From NCBI GenBank assembly GCA_902793605.1, contig CADBEB010000014.1:3265-67264 (forward strand): a stretch of 64,000 nt of DNA, in the 5' to 3' direction. The stretch comes from an uncultured Eubacteriales bacterium (lineage in GTDB: Bacteria > Bacillota > Clostridia > Christensenellales > Aristaeellaceae). A program made the translations under genes and the position numbers. This document shows positions 34,887 to 43,946 of the stretch, in pieces. The notes under the pieces were generated by a model that searched no databases, was not told the DNA's origin, and saw only the letters and a list, made by a program, of their open reading frames with translations. Every line of letters begins with the position of its first letter. Position 1 is the first letter of the stretch.

Positions 34887-37800
34887 ATGCCGCAATGGAC
34901 AGCAGAGCAGGAAAAAGTGATCAGCTCCGATGCCGGGAAGCTGGTTTGTTCCGCTGCAGCCGGAAGCGGGAAGACCGCCGTGATGGTCGAGCGGGTCGTC
35001 CGGATGATCGAATCGGGAAAGGATCCTTATTCTTTTCTTGTGATCACTTTCACCAATGCGGCCGCCGCCGAGATGAAGGAAAAGATCCGGAAGCGGCTCC
35101 TATCCGTGAGGAAGGATCCGGTCATGGAGGTCTGCACGATCCATGCTTTCTGCCAGCACCTGATCCGGCAGGAGTTTCAGATCGCGGAAGTGGATCCCCT
35201 CTTCCAGATCTGTTCAACCGCCCAGCGGGAAAGCCTTTTTGAGGACGCGTTCCGGAAAGCCTGCGACTGTCTGAAGAAAAACGGAGACCGTGAATATCTG
35301 TCATTTACGGAAAAGTATGAACCGAAGGAAGCTCTGGAAATTGTGCGGACGGTCTATGAATTCATCCGGAGCCTTCCGGAGCCGTTTGCCTGGATGGAGA
35401 AAAAAACGGAAGGCGTTCCACTGGATTACGACCGGGATCATCCCTGGTTCGTTACGGTCGCCCGGATGTTGGAGGAACAGCTGGTTTCCGCACGGATGAT
35501 TCTTCGCCGGCAGGCGGGGATGTTCGACGAGTATGAAAAGGTGGAAGCTTTCCGGCCGGTCTTCCGGGCGGATTCGGACCTCGTGGAGGCGATTGCCCGG
35601 TGGATCGGCGGACAGGATGTCCCGCGGGAGGAACTGGAAAAGGATTTTGTGCGCTCCCCGGCCCCCCGGGGTCTGAACGACCGGGAGACCGACTGGAAGG
35701 AACGATACCGGGAAGACCGGGAAAAACTGAAGAGGCTCTGCGGGGAGATGCGGTCCCTGATCCTCATGGACCGGGAGAAGATGAAGACCGAGTTCGCGGG
35801 AATCCGGGAGTCCCTTCGCGGTCTGCGGAAACTCACCGAAGAAACCCATGCCTTCTTTGAAGATAACAAGAAGCGTTTCTGCGTGCTGGATTTCGCCGAC
35901 CTGGAGCACAAGGCGCTGAAGATCCTGAACGACGGGGACGGCTGCCGGAGCGTATGGAGCCGCTACCGGTATATTTTTGTGGACGAATGTCAGGATATTT
36001 CCGAGATCCAGGATACGCTGATCCAGAAGCTCGGCGGTGACGGGAATATGCTGTTCATGGTCGGCGATGTGAAGCAGAGCATCTATCGCTTCCGTCTGGC
36101 AAACCCGAATCTCTTCCGGCAGCGAGCGAAGGAAGCGGAACAGGTTCTCCCGCTCCGGAGCAATTTTCGTTCCCGTCCGGAGATCCTGGAGACAGCCAAC
36201 ACGATCTTCCGTGATGTGATGAAAGGCGATGCGGCGGAAGTGGATTACGATCCCGGGACAGACGACCTGTTCCCCGGGCGGACGGATACTCCGGGACGGA
36301 TCCCGGTCCGGGTGGACCTGCTGGAGGTTCCGGAAGACAGGAAACCCCTGGAGTCGGTGGCAGACCATGTGGCAGCGGAGATCAGTGAACTGGTTCGGGA
36401 AAAAAGAGCGGAACTGCGGGATATCATGATCCTGATGCCGGAGGTCAGCACGGACGGGCCGAAGCTGACCGAGATGCTGAAAGCGCGCGGGATCCCGGTC
36501 TTCTTCGACGGCAAAGGGGATTATTTCAGCCAGCGTGAAGTGGAACTGTTCCGGAATCTGTTGAGCCTGCTGGACAACCCGCGCCAGGACCTGCCGCTCC
36601 TCACCGTGCTGACCGGGCCTGTTTTCCGTTTCAGTGAAGAAGAGCTGAGTCTCATCCGCCTCAGCCTGACAGGAAAAGATGTGCCGTTCTGGAAAGCGTT
36701 TGACCGGGCGGCGGACGAAGACACTGCGCTGGGAGCGCGCTGCCGCCGGGTCAGGGAGCAGCTCGGACGCTGGCGTTACCAGGCGGAACATATGCCCCTG
36801 GATGATTTTTGCTGGTATCTGGCCGGGAAATCCGGCCTCTATCCGGTCGTCGGCGCCGCGGAGAACGGCCATGCCGCGCAGAAAAACCTGCGTTCATTCT
36901 GCCTGCAGGCTGACCGGGCCCGGAAAAAGGGCATCTGTACCCTGCGGGATTTTCTGGCCCACCTGACGGAGCAGGCCTCCTCCGGAGAGATGCAGGCAGC
37001 GGCTACGCTCGGCGAGGGGGATCAGCTCGTCCGGATCATGACCATGCACAAGTCCAAGGGCCTGCAGTTCCCGGTGGTTTTCTGCCTGGGGCTGAACCGG
37101 AGCGTGACCGGCAGTCATCCCGCACCGGTGATGCTCGACCGGGAACTTGGGATCTGCATGAACTACAAGGTGCCGGCGTGGCGCCTTTCGAGGAAAACGG
37201 CTGCGGATAAGATCTTCCACTGGAAGGATGCGCACGACCGGAAGGCGGAGAAGATCTGCCTGCTCTATGTGGCAATGACCAGGGCACAGGAACGCCTGTA
37301 CCTGGTCGGGACCCGGACGGATGACACTCTCTGGCGGACGGGACCGGGGGAACACCGGGTCGTTTCTGCGGCGGACTATCAGGACTGGATCATGCCGGCA
37401 CTGTACGATCAGGAAAAAGAATCCACAGGTTGTGCACAGGCTTCAAACCCTTGGGAAATAAGGAAAGTCAGCGAATATCAACAACAAACTGTGGAAACCG
37501 GATCAACAATCCACAGCCTGGAGGCGTGGCGTGACGACTTGCTTTCCGCTCCTCCTGTGGATGAACTGTGGACGGTTTTTTCACAGGAGAAGGCCCCGCC
37601 GGACGAAGACGGCGGGATCATGAAAAAGTATTCCGTCTCTTCCCTGCTCCTGGAGGCGCGTAGCCGGATCTTTGCCGAAGAGGAGGAGCAGACCCCGGAG
37701 GAAAAGCGCACCCCGGACGAGGTGGTATGGCTCATGCGGCGCTATCAGGCGGGGAGCCGGCCGGCTTTCCTGGAGCCGCCGCCGGAAAACGAAGGCGCGC

Positions 37801-38288
37801 GGCGTGGAACGGTGATCCACCGCTTCCTTTCCCTCGTGAACCTGGAGGAAATGCGCGGGGAGGATGCGCGGGAGGAACGGCTCCGCGCGATGCTCGGATG
37901 TCTGACCGCGGACGGGGTCTTCACCCCGGAAGATGCTTCCGTCATCCGTCCGGAATCAGTCAGCCGCTTCTATGATTCCCCCCTGGGCCGCCGCCTGCTG
38001 GCGAGTCCCGATGTCCGGCGGGAGTGGGATTTCAACCTCAGCGTGCCGGAGAGGAATATGATCGTCCAGGGAATCATCGACTGCGCCTTCCGGGAAGGTG
38101 ACGGTTGGATCCTCCTGGATTACAAGACGGACCGGATTGACGATGAGACCGCCTTTCTGGAGGAATACCGTCCCCAGCTGGAATGGTATCGGAAGGCGCT
38201 GGAGAAACTGACCGGTCTCCCGGTCCGTGAAAGCTGGCTTTATTCACTGTCTGTGGATAAGGCGTTCAACCTCAGTCAGCAGGCCTGA
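34887..38288 (+). CDS. AddA/RecB-like ATP-dependent helicase with C-terminal PD-(D/E)XK nuclease
   Basis: UvrD-type motif I AAAGSGKTAV and DECQDIS. C-terminal nuclease motif GIIDCAFREGDGWILLDYKTD. GAGGAAAAAG RBS. Confidence 0.85.
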   Translation: MPQWTAEQEKVISSDAGKLVCSAAAGSGKTAVMVERVVRMIESGKDPYSFLVITFTNAAAAEMKEKIRKRLLSVRKDPVMEVCTIHAFCQHLIRQEFQIAEVDPLFQICSTAQRESLFEDAFRKACDCLKKNGDREYLSFTEKYEPKEALEIVRTVYEFIRSLPEPFAWMEKKTEGVPLDYDRDHPWFVTVARMLEEQLVSARMILRRQAGMFDEYEKVEAFRPVFRADSDLVEAIARWIGGQDVPREELEKDFVRSPAPRGLNDRETDWKERYREDREKLKRLCGEMRSLILMDREKMKTEFAGIRESLRGLRKLTEETHAFFEDNKKRFCVLDFADLEHKALKILNDGDGCRSVWSRYRYIFVDECQDISEIQDTLIQKLGGDGNMLFMVGDVKQSIYRFRLANPNLFRQRAKEAEQVLPLRSNFRSRPEILETANTIFRDVMKGDAAEVDYDPGTDDLFPGRTDTPGRIPVRVDLLEVPEDRKPLESVADHVAAEISELVREKRAELRDIMILMPEVSTDGPKLTEMLKARGIPVFFDGKGDYFSQREVELFRNLLSLLDNPRQDLPLLTVLTGPVFRFSEEELSLIRLSLTGKDVPFWKAFDRAADEDTALGARCRRVREQLGRWRYQAEHMPLDDFCWYLAGKSGLYPVVGAAENGHAAQKNLRSFCLQADRARKKGICTLRDFLAHLTEQASSGEMQAAATLGEGDQLVRIMTMHKSKGLQFPVVFCLGLNRSVTGSHPAPVMLDRELGICMNYKVPAWRLSRKTAADKIFHWKDAHDRKAEKICLLYVAMTRAQERLYLVGTRTDDTLWRTGPGEHRVVSAADYQDWIMPALYDQEKESTGCAQASNPWEIRKVSEYQQQTVETGSTIHSLEAWRDDLLSAPPVDELWTVFSQEKAPPDEDGGIMKKYSVSSLLLEARSRIFAEEEEQTPEEKRTPDEVVWLMRRYQAGSRPAFLEPPPENEGARRGTVIHRFLSLVNLEEMRGEDAREERLRAMLGCLTADGVFTPEDASVIRPESVSRFYDSPLGRRLLASPDVRREWDFNLSVPERNMIVQGIIDCAFREGDGWILLDYKTDRIDDETAFLEEYRPQLEWYRKALEKLTGLPVRESWLYSLSVDKAFNLSQQA

Positions 38289-38323
38289 CAGCGCCGGATT
38301 TTGACAGTCGGAAGCCGGCTGAT

Positions 38324-38479
38324 TTATCCACAGGATGCAAAGCCTTGAAAGTCAAGGTCTCAAAAAATAATGACCCGCAGAAGCAAGGAAAATCAACGCT
38401 TCTGCGGGTCGGTTCATTTCTGTGAATACCGGTGGAAAACTGTGGATAACGTGTGGAAAACGATTGTGACTGTGGAAAG
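38324..38479. promoter_or_regulatory. DnaA-box array
   Basis: Perfect TTATCCACA at 38324-38332. On the opposite strand: TGTGAATAC 38421, GGTGGAAAA 38431, perfect TGTGGATAA 38441-38449, TGTGGAAAA 38452-38460 and TGTGGAAAG 38471-38479. The first four are spaced 10-11 bp in one orientation; the fifth follows after 19 bp. Confidence 0.55.
38361..38409 (-). terminator. terminator after MBL-fold gene
   Basis: ACCCGCAGAAGC (38373-38384) pairs with GCTTCTGCGGGT (38398-38409). An A-run at 38362-38368 gives a U-run on the - strand. Confidence 0.5.
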
Positions 38480-38480
38480 G

Positions 38481-39455
38481 TCAACTCTCCGGCGGCTCCG
38501 GTTTTTCGGTTGCCAGGGAGGGCAGCGGCAGGTCGCTCTCCAGGAAGGGATCGTCCTCCTCCAGGAGCGGATCCGTCGATCCGGGGCCGTATTCTTCTCC
38601 GGCGGTTCCGGTGGTATCCGTTTCGGCGGTTCCCGTTCCGGGTGGGACTGCGTCCTCCGGGCGGGAGATGTTCAGGTAGCCGTCCTCGTCCGCCTCCAGG
38701 CGGATCGTATCGCCGTAAACAGGCATGGCCAGCACTTCCGTGGTGCGGCAGCTGGCGGTGCGTGCGTAGTCCGTGGCGGTGTCAGCCCGGTGGAAATAAT
38801 GCATCGGGATCAGGATCCGCGGCTTGACGGCGAGGATGAAGTAGTTGGCGCCGGCCTCGAACATTGCCCCCTGCCGGGGATCCACCGGGAAGAAGGCCAC
38901 GTCGATCTTCTCCCGGGAGATCGGCTGGACGGCCTTGCGGAATTCCTCGTCCGCTTCCTCGATCTCCTGTTTGGTGGATTCTTCCCGCCAGTGCCAGAAA
39001 TTCAGGTCTCCGGCATGGAAGAAGCGCAGGCCGAGGAAATCAACCAGGAAGCTGACGCCCAGGTCCGTGGAATCAAAGGCGGTGACGGTCACTTCGTCCG
39101 AAAGCCTGACGGTATCCCCGGGCGCCATGCGCTTCCCGCGGGTGCCGACCGGCATATCCGAGGAGACGATCCAGGAGACGTTCCCGGCTTCGTTCCAGGT
39201 GAAGACGACAGGATCCAGGTGATCGATATGTTCGTGGCTGATGAAAACGAATACTTTGTCATACGCGCGGAGCTTTTCGGGGGTCAGCTGCAGCTCGGGC
39301 GTCAGCTCCCCGCGCTCCCCGCGCCAGTAGTCAAAGACCAGCAGCGTATGTTCTCCCGCGATGGAAAAACCGCTATGGTAATAATGGGTGATCAAAAACG
39401 GATGCTTCACGCAGACGTGTACCTCCATGGCCCCTGGCCGATAAAGAATTAACAT
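38481..39455 (-). CDS. MBL-fold metallo-hydrolase with acidic/Pro-rich C-terminal tail
   Basis: HxHxDH motif ISHEHIDHLD. Tail ...GTGTAETDTTGTAGEEYGPGSTDPLLEEDDPFLESD. Confidence 0.75.
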   Translation of the reverse strand: MLILYRPGAMEVHVCVKHPFLITHYYHSGFSIAGEHTLLVFDYWRGERGELTPELQLTPEKLRAYDKVFVFISHEHIDHLDPVVFTWNEAGNVSWIVSSDMPVGTRGKRMAPGDTVRLSDEVTVTAFDSTDLGVSFLVDFLGLRFFHAGDLNFWHWREESTKQEIEEADEEFRKAVQPISREKIDVAFFPVDPRQGAMFEAGANYFILAVKPRILIPMHYFHRADTATDYARTASCRTTEVLAMPVYGDTIRLEADEDGYLNISRPEDAVPPGTGTAETDTTGTAGEEYGPGSTDPLLEEDDPFLESDLPLPSLATEKPEPPES

Positions 39456-39607
39456 CTATCATAAAGCCGCCTTTTGAGGAGAAAGGGCAGCGAAAAATCG
39501 TTTCATGAAGAAACCGTTACAGGGATTGTAACACCATGCCCCACTTTTGTCAAATTTTCGCAGATTTTTGATATTCATGAAACCATTGAAAGCCACAAAA
39601 ACAACAC

Positions 39608-39640
39608 ATTCCGGCGGGTTATCCCCACCGGAACGGTTTC
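39608..39640 (-). terminator. possible terminator after phosphodiesterase gene
   Basis: Stems TTCCGG (39609-39614) and CCGGAA (39628-39633), with a T-rich tract downstream on the - strand. Confidence 0.35.
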
Positions 39641-40864
39641 TTATTCCAGGACCTCTCCGGAGCGGTCCGTGCCCCTGGCCGTCGGGAGATCCACCCCCAT
39701 CAGTCCGGCGATCGTCGGACCGATATCGCGCATCGGGAAGGAGCCGAGCTCCGCACCCTGCCGGACACCCCGGCCGCAGACCGCGAAAAAGCACATCCCG
39801 CCGGGATGCCCCGGGCCGAATCCGTGAGTGGCTTTTTCCCGCTTTTCCGCGTCAAGGCTGTCGGAAAAGACGACGCCTTCCGCGGCCTCAGCGGCCAGGA
39901 CCGGCCCGCTCACGGTGTGCATCCGTTTCAGGTCTTTGCTGCTGTAGACGCGGGAGATGCCGAGCGCCTCCCGATGCTCTTCGAGCTGCGGGATCAGGCT
40001 GTCCGGATCCGGAACCTCCCCCTTCGGGAAAAAGTAGGCGCTCATGCCGTTGGACTGCGGCTGCAGGGGAATCCCGGGCATCAGCCGGTCCATCGCCTCC
40101 CGCAGGTTCACGGTTCGCTCGATGTCGGCCTGTCCGTGGTCGCTGACGAGGATCAGCAGGGCATCCTCCATCCCCGGCGTGGTTTCAAGAACCTGCTTCA
40201 GTTCTCCGATCCGGCGGTCCAGCCGGCGGATCGCCTCGTCCGCCTCCGGGGAAAACGTGCCGCAGTGGTGCCGCGTATGGTCCAGGTCGATCAGGTGCAG
40301 GGCGGTCAGGTCCGGCCGGTGCCGCCGGATCGTATCGCCGGCGAGCGCGGCGGCGTAGTCGCTGAGCCAGGGCTCTTTTATCCCCTTGCGCAGGCGGCCG
40401 TAGCGCCTCTCCCCGGCGAGGATGTAGCCGGGCGTGCCGAAGCGCAGGGCTTTGAGTACAGGGCTTTCTCCGGGCAGGGGGTGGACCTCCGGAAAGCACC
40501 AGTTCACGGCGCGGTTTTTGCAGTTGACCGGCCAGAGGATCGAACAGCTGCGGCCGCCCGCTTTCTTCACGGCTTCAAACAGCGTGGGCACACGGATATG
40601 CTCCCGTTCCCAGTACCAGCGGCGATGCTTCTCCGGCACGTTCGGCTGGAAGGGCTGGTTCTGGCCCACGCCGGTATCCTCCGGGTCGCACCCGGTGACC
40701 ATGGTCACGTGGATGGGGTAGGTCAGCGCGGGGAAGATCGTCTCCACCTTCCGGCACCAGGTCCCCTCACGCAGGATGCGGGCGACGGCGCCGTCGGGGG
40801 GCAGGCGGCTGATATCCGGCTCAAAGAAAGCGTCCATGGAAACCAGCAGGACTTTGCGCATCAT
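39641..40864 (-). CDS. alkaline-phosphatase-superfamily nucleotide pyrophosphatase/phosphodiesterase
   Basis: VSMDAF...FPALTYPIHVTMVTG (nucleophile Thr region), DLDHTRHHCG, VSDHGQ. Confidence 0.75.
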   Translation of the reverse strand: MMRKVLLVSMDAFFEPDISRLPPDGAVARILREGTWCRKVETIFPALTYPIHVTMVTGCDPEDTGVGQNQPFQPNVPEKHRRWYWEREHIRVPTLFEAVKKAGGRSCSILWPVNCKNRAVNWCFPEVHPLPGESPVLKALRFGTPGYILAGERRYGRLRKGIKEPWLSDYAAALAGDTIRRHRPDLTALHLIDLDHTRHHCGTFSPEADEAIRRLDRRIGELKQVLETTPGMEDALLILVSDHGQADIERTVNLREAMDRLMPGIPLQPQSNGMSAYFFPKGEVPDPDSLIPQLEEHREALGISRVYSSKDLKRMHTVSGPVLAAEAAEGVVFSDSLDAEKREKATHGFGPGHPGGMCFFAVCGRGVRQGAELGSFPMRDIGPTIAGLMGVDLPTARGTDRSGEVLE

Positions 40865-40914
40865 GCTCCTCCGAAAAAAGAGGGCCGCCGTCGGCGGCCC
40901 TCAGTATGCTGTGA

Positions 40915-42399
40915 TTATGCCCAGGGGTTCTCGGTGCGGTAGGGCAGGTTCTTGGGCTGGTTCCACGCGATATCGCGCACGCCCAGGTACTTGAACACCT
41001 CGAACAGGAGCTTTCCGCAATGTGCGAACGCCACGGCGCCGTGATGCGGATAGCGCTTCTGCACCAGCACATGGCGGTAGAAGCGGCCCATTTCCTTGAT
41101 GGCGAAGATGCCGATGCCGCCGAAGGACTGGGTAGCCACGGGCAGCACTTCGCCCTCAGCCACATAGGCGCGGACCTTGCCTTCGCTGTCGCACTGCAGG
41201 CGGTAGAAGGTGATCGGGCTGGCTGCGATGTCGCCCTCGAGGGTGCCGCGGGTGAAGTCCGGATCGCTTCCTTCGGGCTCGAGCAGGCGGTGCTGGATCA
41301 GCTGGTACTTGATCGCGCGGTCCGCACACATCTTGCAGCTCGGGGTGTTGCCGCAGTGGAAGCCCATGAAGGTGTCATGCAGCTCGTAGTCGAACTTGCC
41401 CTTGATGTCCTTGTCGTAGATGTATTCCGGCACGCTGTTGTTGATGTCCAGCAGGGTTACGGCGTCGCCGGTCAGGCACGCGCCGATGTACTCGCTCAGG
41501 GCGCCGTAGATATCCACTTCACAGGAAACCGGCATCCCGCGGGAGGCCAGGCGGCTGTTCACATAGCAGGGCTCGAAACCGAACTGGGACGGGAAGGCGG
41601 GCCAGCACTTGTCGGCGAATGCCACATACTTCCGGGCGCCCTTGTGGCCTTCTGCCCAGTCGAGCAGGGTCAGCTCGAACTGCGCCATGCGCTCGAGCAT
41701 ATCATCGTAGTACTTGCCCTCGCCCATTTCCTTCTTCATGTCTTCACACACGGCGGGGATGCGCTTGTCGCCGGCATGCTCCTTGTAGCTCACCAGCAGG
41801 TCGAGTTCGCTGTTCTCCTCGATCTCGATGCCCAGTTCGTACAGGCCCTTGATGGGGGCATTGCAGGCGAAGAAATCCTGGGGACGGGGCCCGAAGGTGA
41901 TGATCTTGAGGTTCTTCAGTCCGACGATCACGCGGGCGATCGGAATGAACTCGGCGATCTTGTCAGCCAGTTCTTCGGCGTTGCCCACAGGATACTCCGG
42001 AATATAGCCCTTCAGGTGCCGCATGCCGAGGTTGTAGGAGCAGTTCAGCATACCGCAGTACGCGTCGCCGCGGCCGTTGATCATGTCGCCGTCGCCTTCG
42101 GCAGCAGCCACGAACATCACAGGGCCGTCGAACTCTTTGGCGATCAGGGTCTCGGGCGTTTCGGGACCGAAGTTGCCCAGGAAGACGCAAGCGGCGTTGC
42201 AGCCGGCGGCGTTCAGCTCATCCACCGCCTTGAGCATGTCCAGCTCGTTCTCGACCGTGGTCTTGATCTCAACGAAGTCCAGCTTCTTCTGGCCGCACTT
42301 TTCAGCGATGGCGGCGCGGCGCTTCTCGCTCAGTGCGATGGGGAAACAGTCGCGGCTCACAGCCACGAGGCCCAGTTTGATAACGGGGATATTTTCCAT
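40915..42399 (-). CDS. L-fucose/L-arabinose isomerase family protein
   Basis: 494 aa. N-terminal KLGLVAVSRDCFP and C-terminal FTRGTLEGDIAASPITFYRL pattern typical of the FucI-like family. Confidence 0.75.
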   Translation of the reverse strand: MENIPVIKLGLVAVSRDCFPIALSEKRRAAIAEKCGQKKLDFVEIKTTVENELDMLKAVDELNAAGCNAACVFLGNFGPETPETLIAKEFDGPVMFVAAAEGDGDMINGRGDAYCGMLNCSYNLGMRHLKGYIPEYPVGNAEELADKIAEFIPIARVIVGLKNLKIITFGPRPQDFFACNAPIKGLYELGIEIEENSELDLLVSYKEHAGDKRIPAVCEDMKKEMGEGKYYDDMLERMAQFELTLLDWAEGHKGARKYVAFADKCWPAFPSQFGFEPCYVNSRLASRGMPVSCEVDIYGALSEYIGACLTGDAVTLLDINNSVPEYIYDKDIKGKFDYELHDTFMGFHCGNTPSCKMCADRAIKYQLIQHRLLEPEGSDPDFTRGTLEGDIAASPITFYRLQCDSEGKVRAYVAEGEVLPVATQSFGGIGIFAIKEMGRFYRHVLVQKRYPHHGAVAFAHCGKLLFEVFKYLGVRDIAWNQPKNLPYRTENPWA

Positions 42400-42607
42400 A
42401 TGTCTTTTACCTCCTGATAAGATAGTAAAGCCGCAGATGTACGGACTTTCCTCAGTACTTTACAGAATACCATTCGGAAAGCGGCAAGTCAATTGATAAT
42501 TTACCTGTTTCTGTTCAATATTATCCCAGAAACCACAAAAGAAACCGGGTCGTTCCGCCGGGACCGGAGGAGGTCCGGTTTCCACCCATGAAATTTCCCT
42601 CAACCCC

Positions 42608-42636
42608 TTGCCAAAAAAGGAATTAACGTTTACAAT
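42608..42636 (+). promoter_or_regulatory. putative gap promoter
   Basis: TTGCCA (42608-42613), 17 nt, TACAAT (42631-42636). Confidence 0.5.
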
Positions 42637-42692
42637 AACTCTTCGGTAAAGAACTCGCGAAAGCGATAGGAAAATGAGGAGGTTTTTCAACT

Positions 42693-43724
42693 ATGGCAGT
42701 GAAAGTTGCTATCAATGGCTTTGGCCGGATCGGTCGTCTTGCATTCCGTCAGATGTTCGGCGCCCCCGGTTATGATGTGGTCGCCATCAACGACCTGACC
42801 AGCCCCGCGATGCTGGCCCATCTGCTCAAGTATGACACCGCCCAGAAGGGCTACTGCGGCGTGATCGGCGAGAACAAGCACACCGTCGAAGCGACCGAGA
42901 ATTCCATCATTGTTGACGGCAAAGAGATCACCATCTACGCCATCAAGGATGCCAAAGAGTGCCCCTGGGGCCAGCTGGGTGTTGACGTCGTGCTCGAGTG
43001 CACGGGCTTCTACACCTCCAAGGAAAAGAGCATGGCTCATATCGAAGCCGGCGCCAAGAAGGTCGTTATCTCCGCTCCCGCGGGCAACGATCTGCCGACC
43101 ATCGTTTACAACGTAAACCACAAGACCCTCAAGCCCGAGGATCAGGTCATCTCCGCTGCCAGCTGCACCACCAACTGCCTGGCGCCCATGACCAAGGCTC
43201 TGAACGATGCCTTCCCGATCCAGGCCGGCATCATGACCACCGTGCACGCCTACACCGGCGACCAGATGATCCTGGACGGCCCGCACCGCAAGGGTGACCT
43301 GCAGCGTGCCCGTGCCGGCGCCGCCAACATCGTGCCGAACTCCACCGGCGCTGCCAAGGCCATCGGCCTGGTTATCCCGGAACTGAACGGCAAGCTGATC
43401 GGCTCCGCCCAGCGCGTGCCCGTGCCCACCGGCTCCACCACCATCCTGGTGGCCGTCGTCAAGGGCAAGGATGTCACCAAGGAAGCCATCAACGAGGCCA
43501 TGAAGTCCCAGGCTTCCGAATCCTTCGGCTACACCACTGAAAAGCTCGTTTCCTCCGATATCATCGGCATGACCTACGGCTCCCTGTTCGATGCCAACCA
43601 GACCATGGTCAACAAGATCGACGACGACACCTATCAGGTGCAGGTCGTGTCCTGGTACGACAATGAGAACAGCTACACCAGCCAGATGGTCCGCACCATC
43701 AAGTACTTCGCCGAACTGAAGTAA
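42693..43724 (+). CDS. gap: type I glyceraldehyde-3-phosphate dehydrogenase
   Basis: [19 protein letters not shown] and active-site [22 protein letters not shown]. Confidence 0.95.
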   Translation: MAVKVAINGFGRIGRLAFRQMFGAPGYDVVAINDLTSPAMLAHLLKYDTAQKGYCGVIGENKHTVEATENSIIVDGKEITIYAIKDAKECPWGQLGVDVVLECTGFYTSKEKSMAHIEAGAKKVVISAPAGNDLPTIVYNVNHKTLKPEDQVISAASCTTNCLAPMTKALNDAFPIQAGIMTTVHAYTGDQMILDGPHRKGDLQRARAGAANIVPNSTGAAKAIGLVIPELNGKLIGSAQRVPVPTGSTTILVAVVKGKDVTKEAINEAMKSQASESFGYTTEKLVSSDIIGMTYGSLFDANQTMVNKIDDDTYQVQVVSWYDNENSYTSQMVRTIKYFAELK

Positions 43725-43833
43725 TCATTCGGTGTCATCCCGAACGCAGCCGGGGGATCTTCCCGCAACAGGTTACAGCCTGTTCCGAAGGAGATTCCTC
43801 CAACCGGGAAAAATGCTCCCGTCCGGAATGACA
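43725..43833. repeat. copy of dispersed GTCAT...CCGGAATGAC repeat family, between gap stop and its terminator
   Basis: CATTCGGTGTCATCCCGAACGCAGCC...GTTCCGAAGGAGATTCCTC...CGTCCGGAATGACA. The 19-mer GTTCCGAAGGAGATTCCTC is identical to 56795-56813. Confidence 0.6.
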
Positions 43834-43861
43834 AAAAGCGAAGCTTACTGATCGCGAACAT

Positions 43862-43897
43862 TGCCTGCTGTCGGGGAACCGGCAGCAGGCTCTTTTT
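43862..43897 (+). terminator. gap terminator
   Basis: GCCTGCTGTCGG, loop GGAA, CCGGCAGCAGGC (one mismatch), then TCTTTTTAT. Confidence 0.7.
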
Positions 43898-43946
43898 ATG
43901 CCTTCCTTCGGAGTGAGCGAGCATCCGTACTCACAGGAGAAAGACG

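Noticed and set aside
35301-36872. 523-aa - strand ORF
   Set aside because: Antisense shadow of the helicase-nuclease gene.
38370-42417. ORFs 38370..39452(+), 39806..40942(+) and 41020..42417(+)
   Set aside because: Antisense shadows of the MBL, phosphodiesterase and isomerase genes.
42541-42582. GC-rich hairpin GAAACCGG...CCGGTTTC upstream of gap, considered as a riboswitch or ncRNA
   Set aside because: It lies upstream of the predicted gap promoter in a divergent region and resembles no RNA family I know. The evidence is insufficient.
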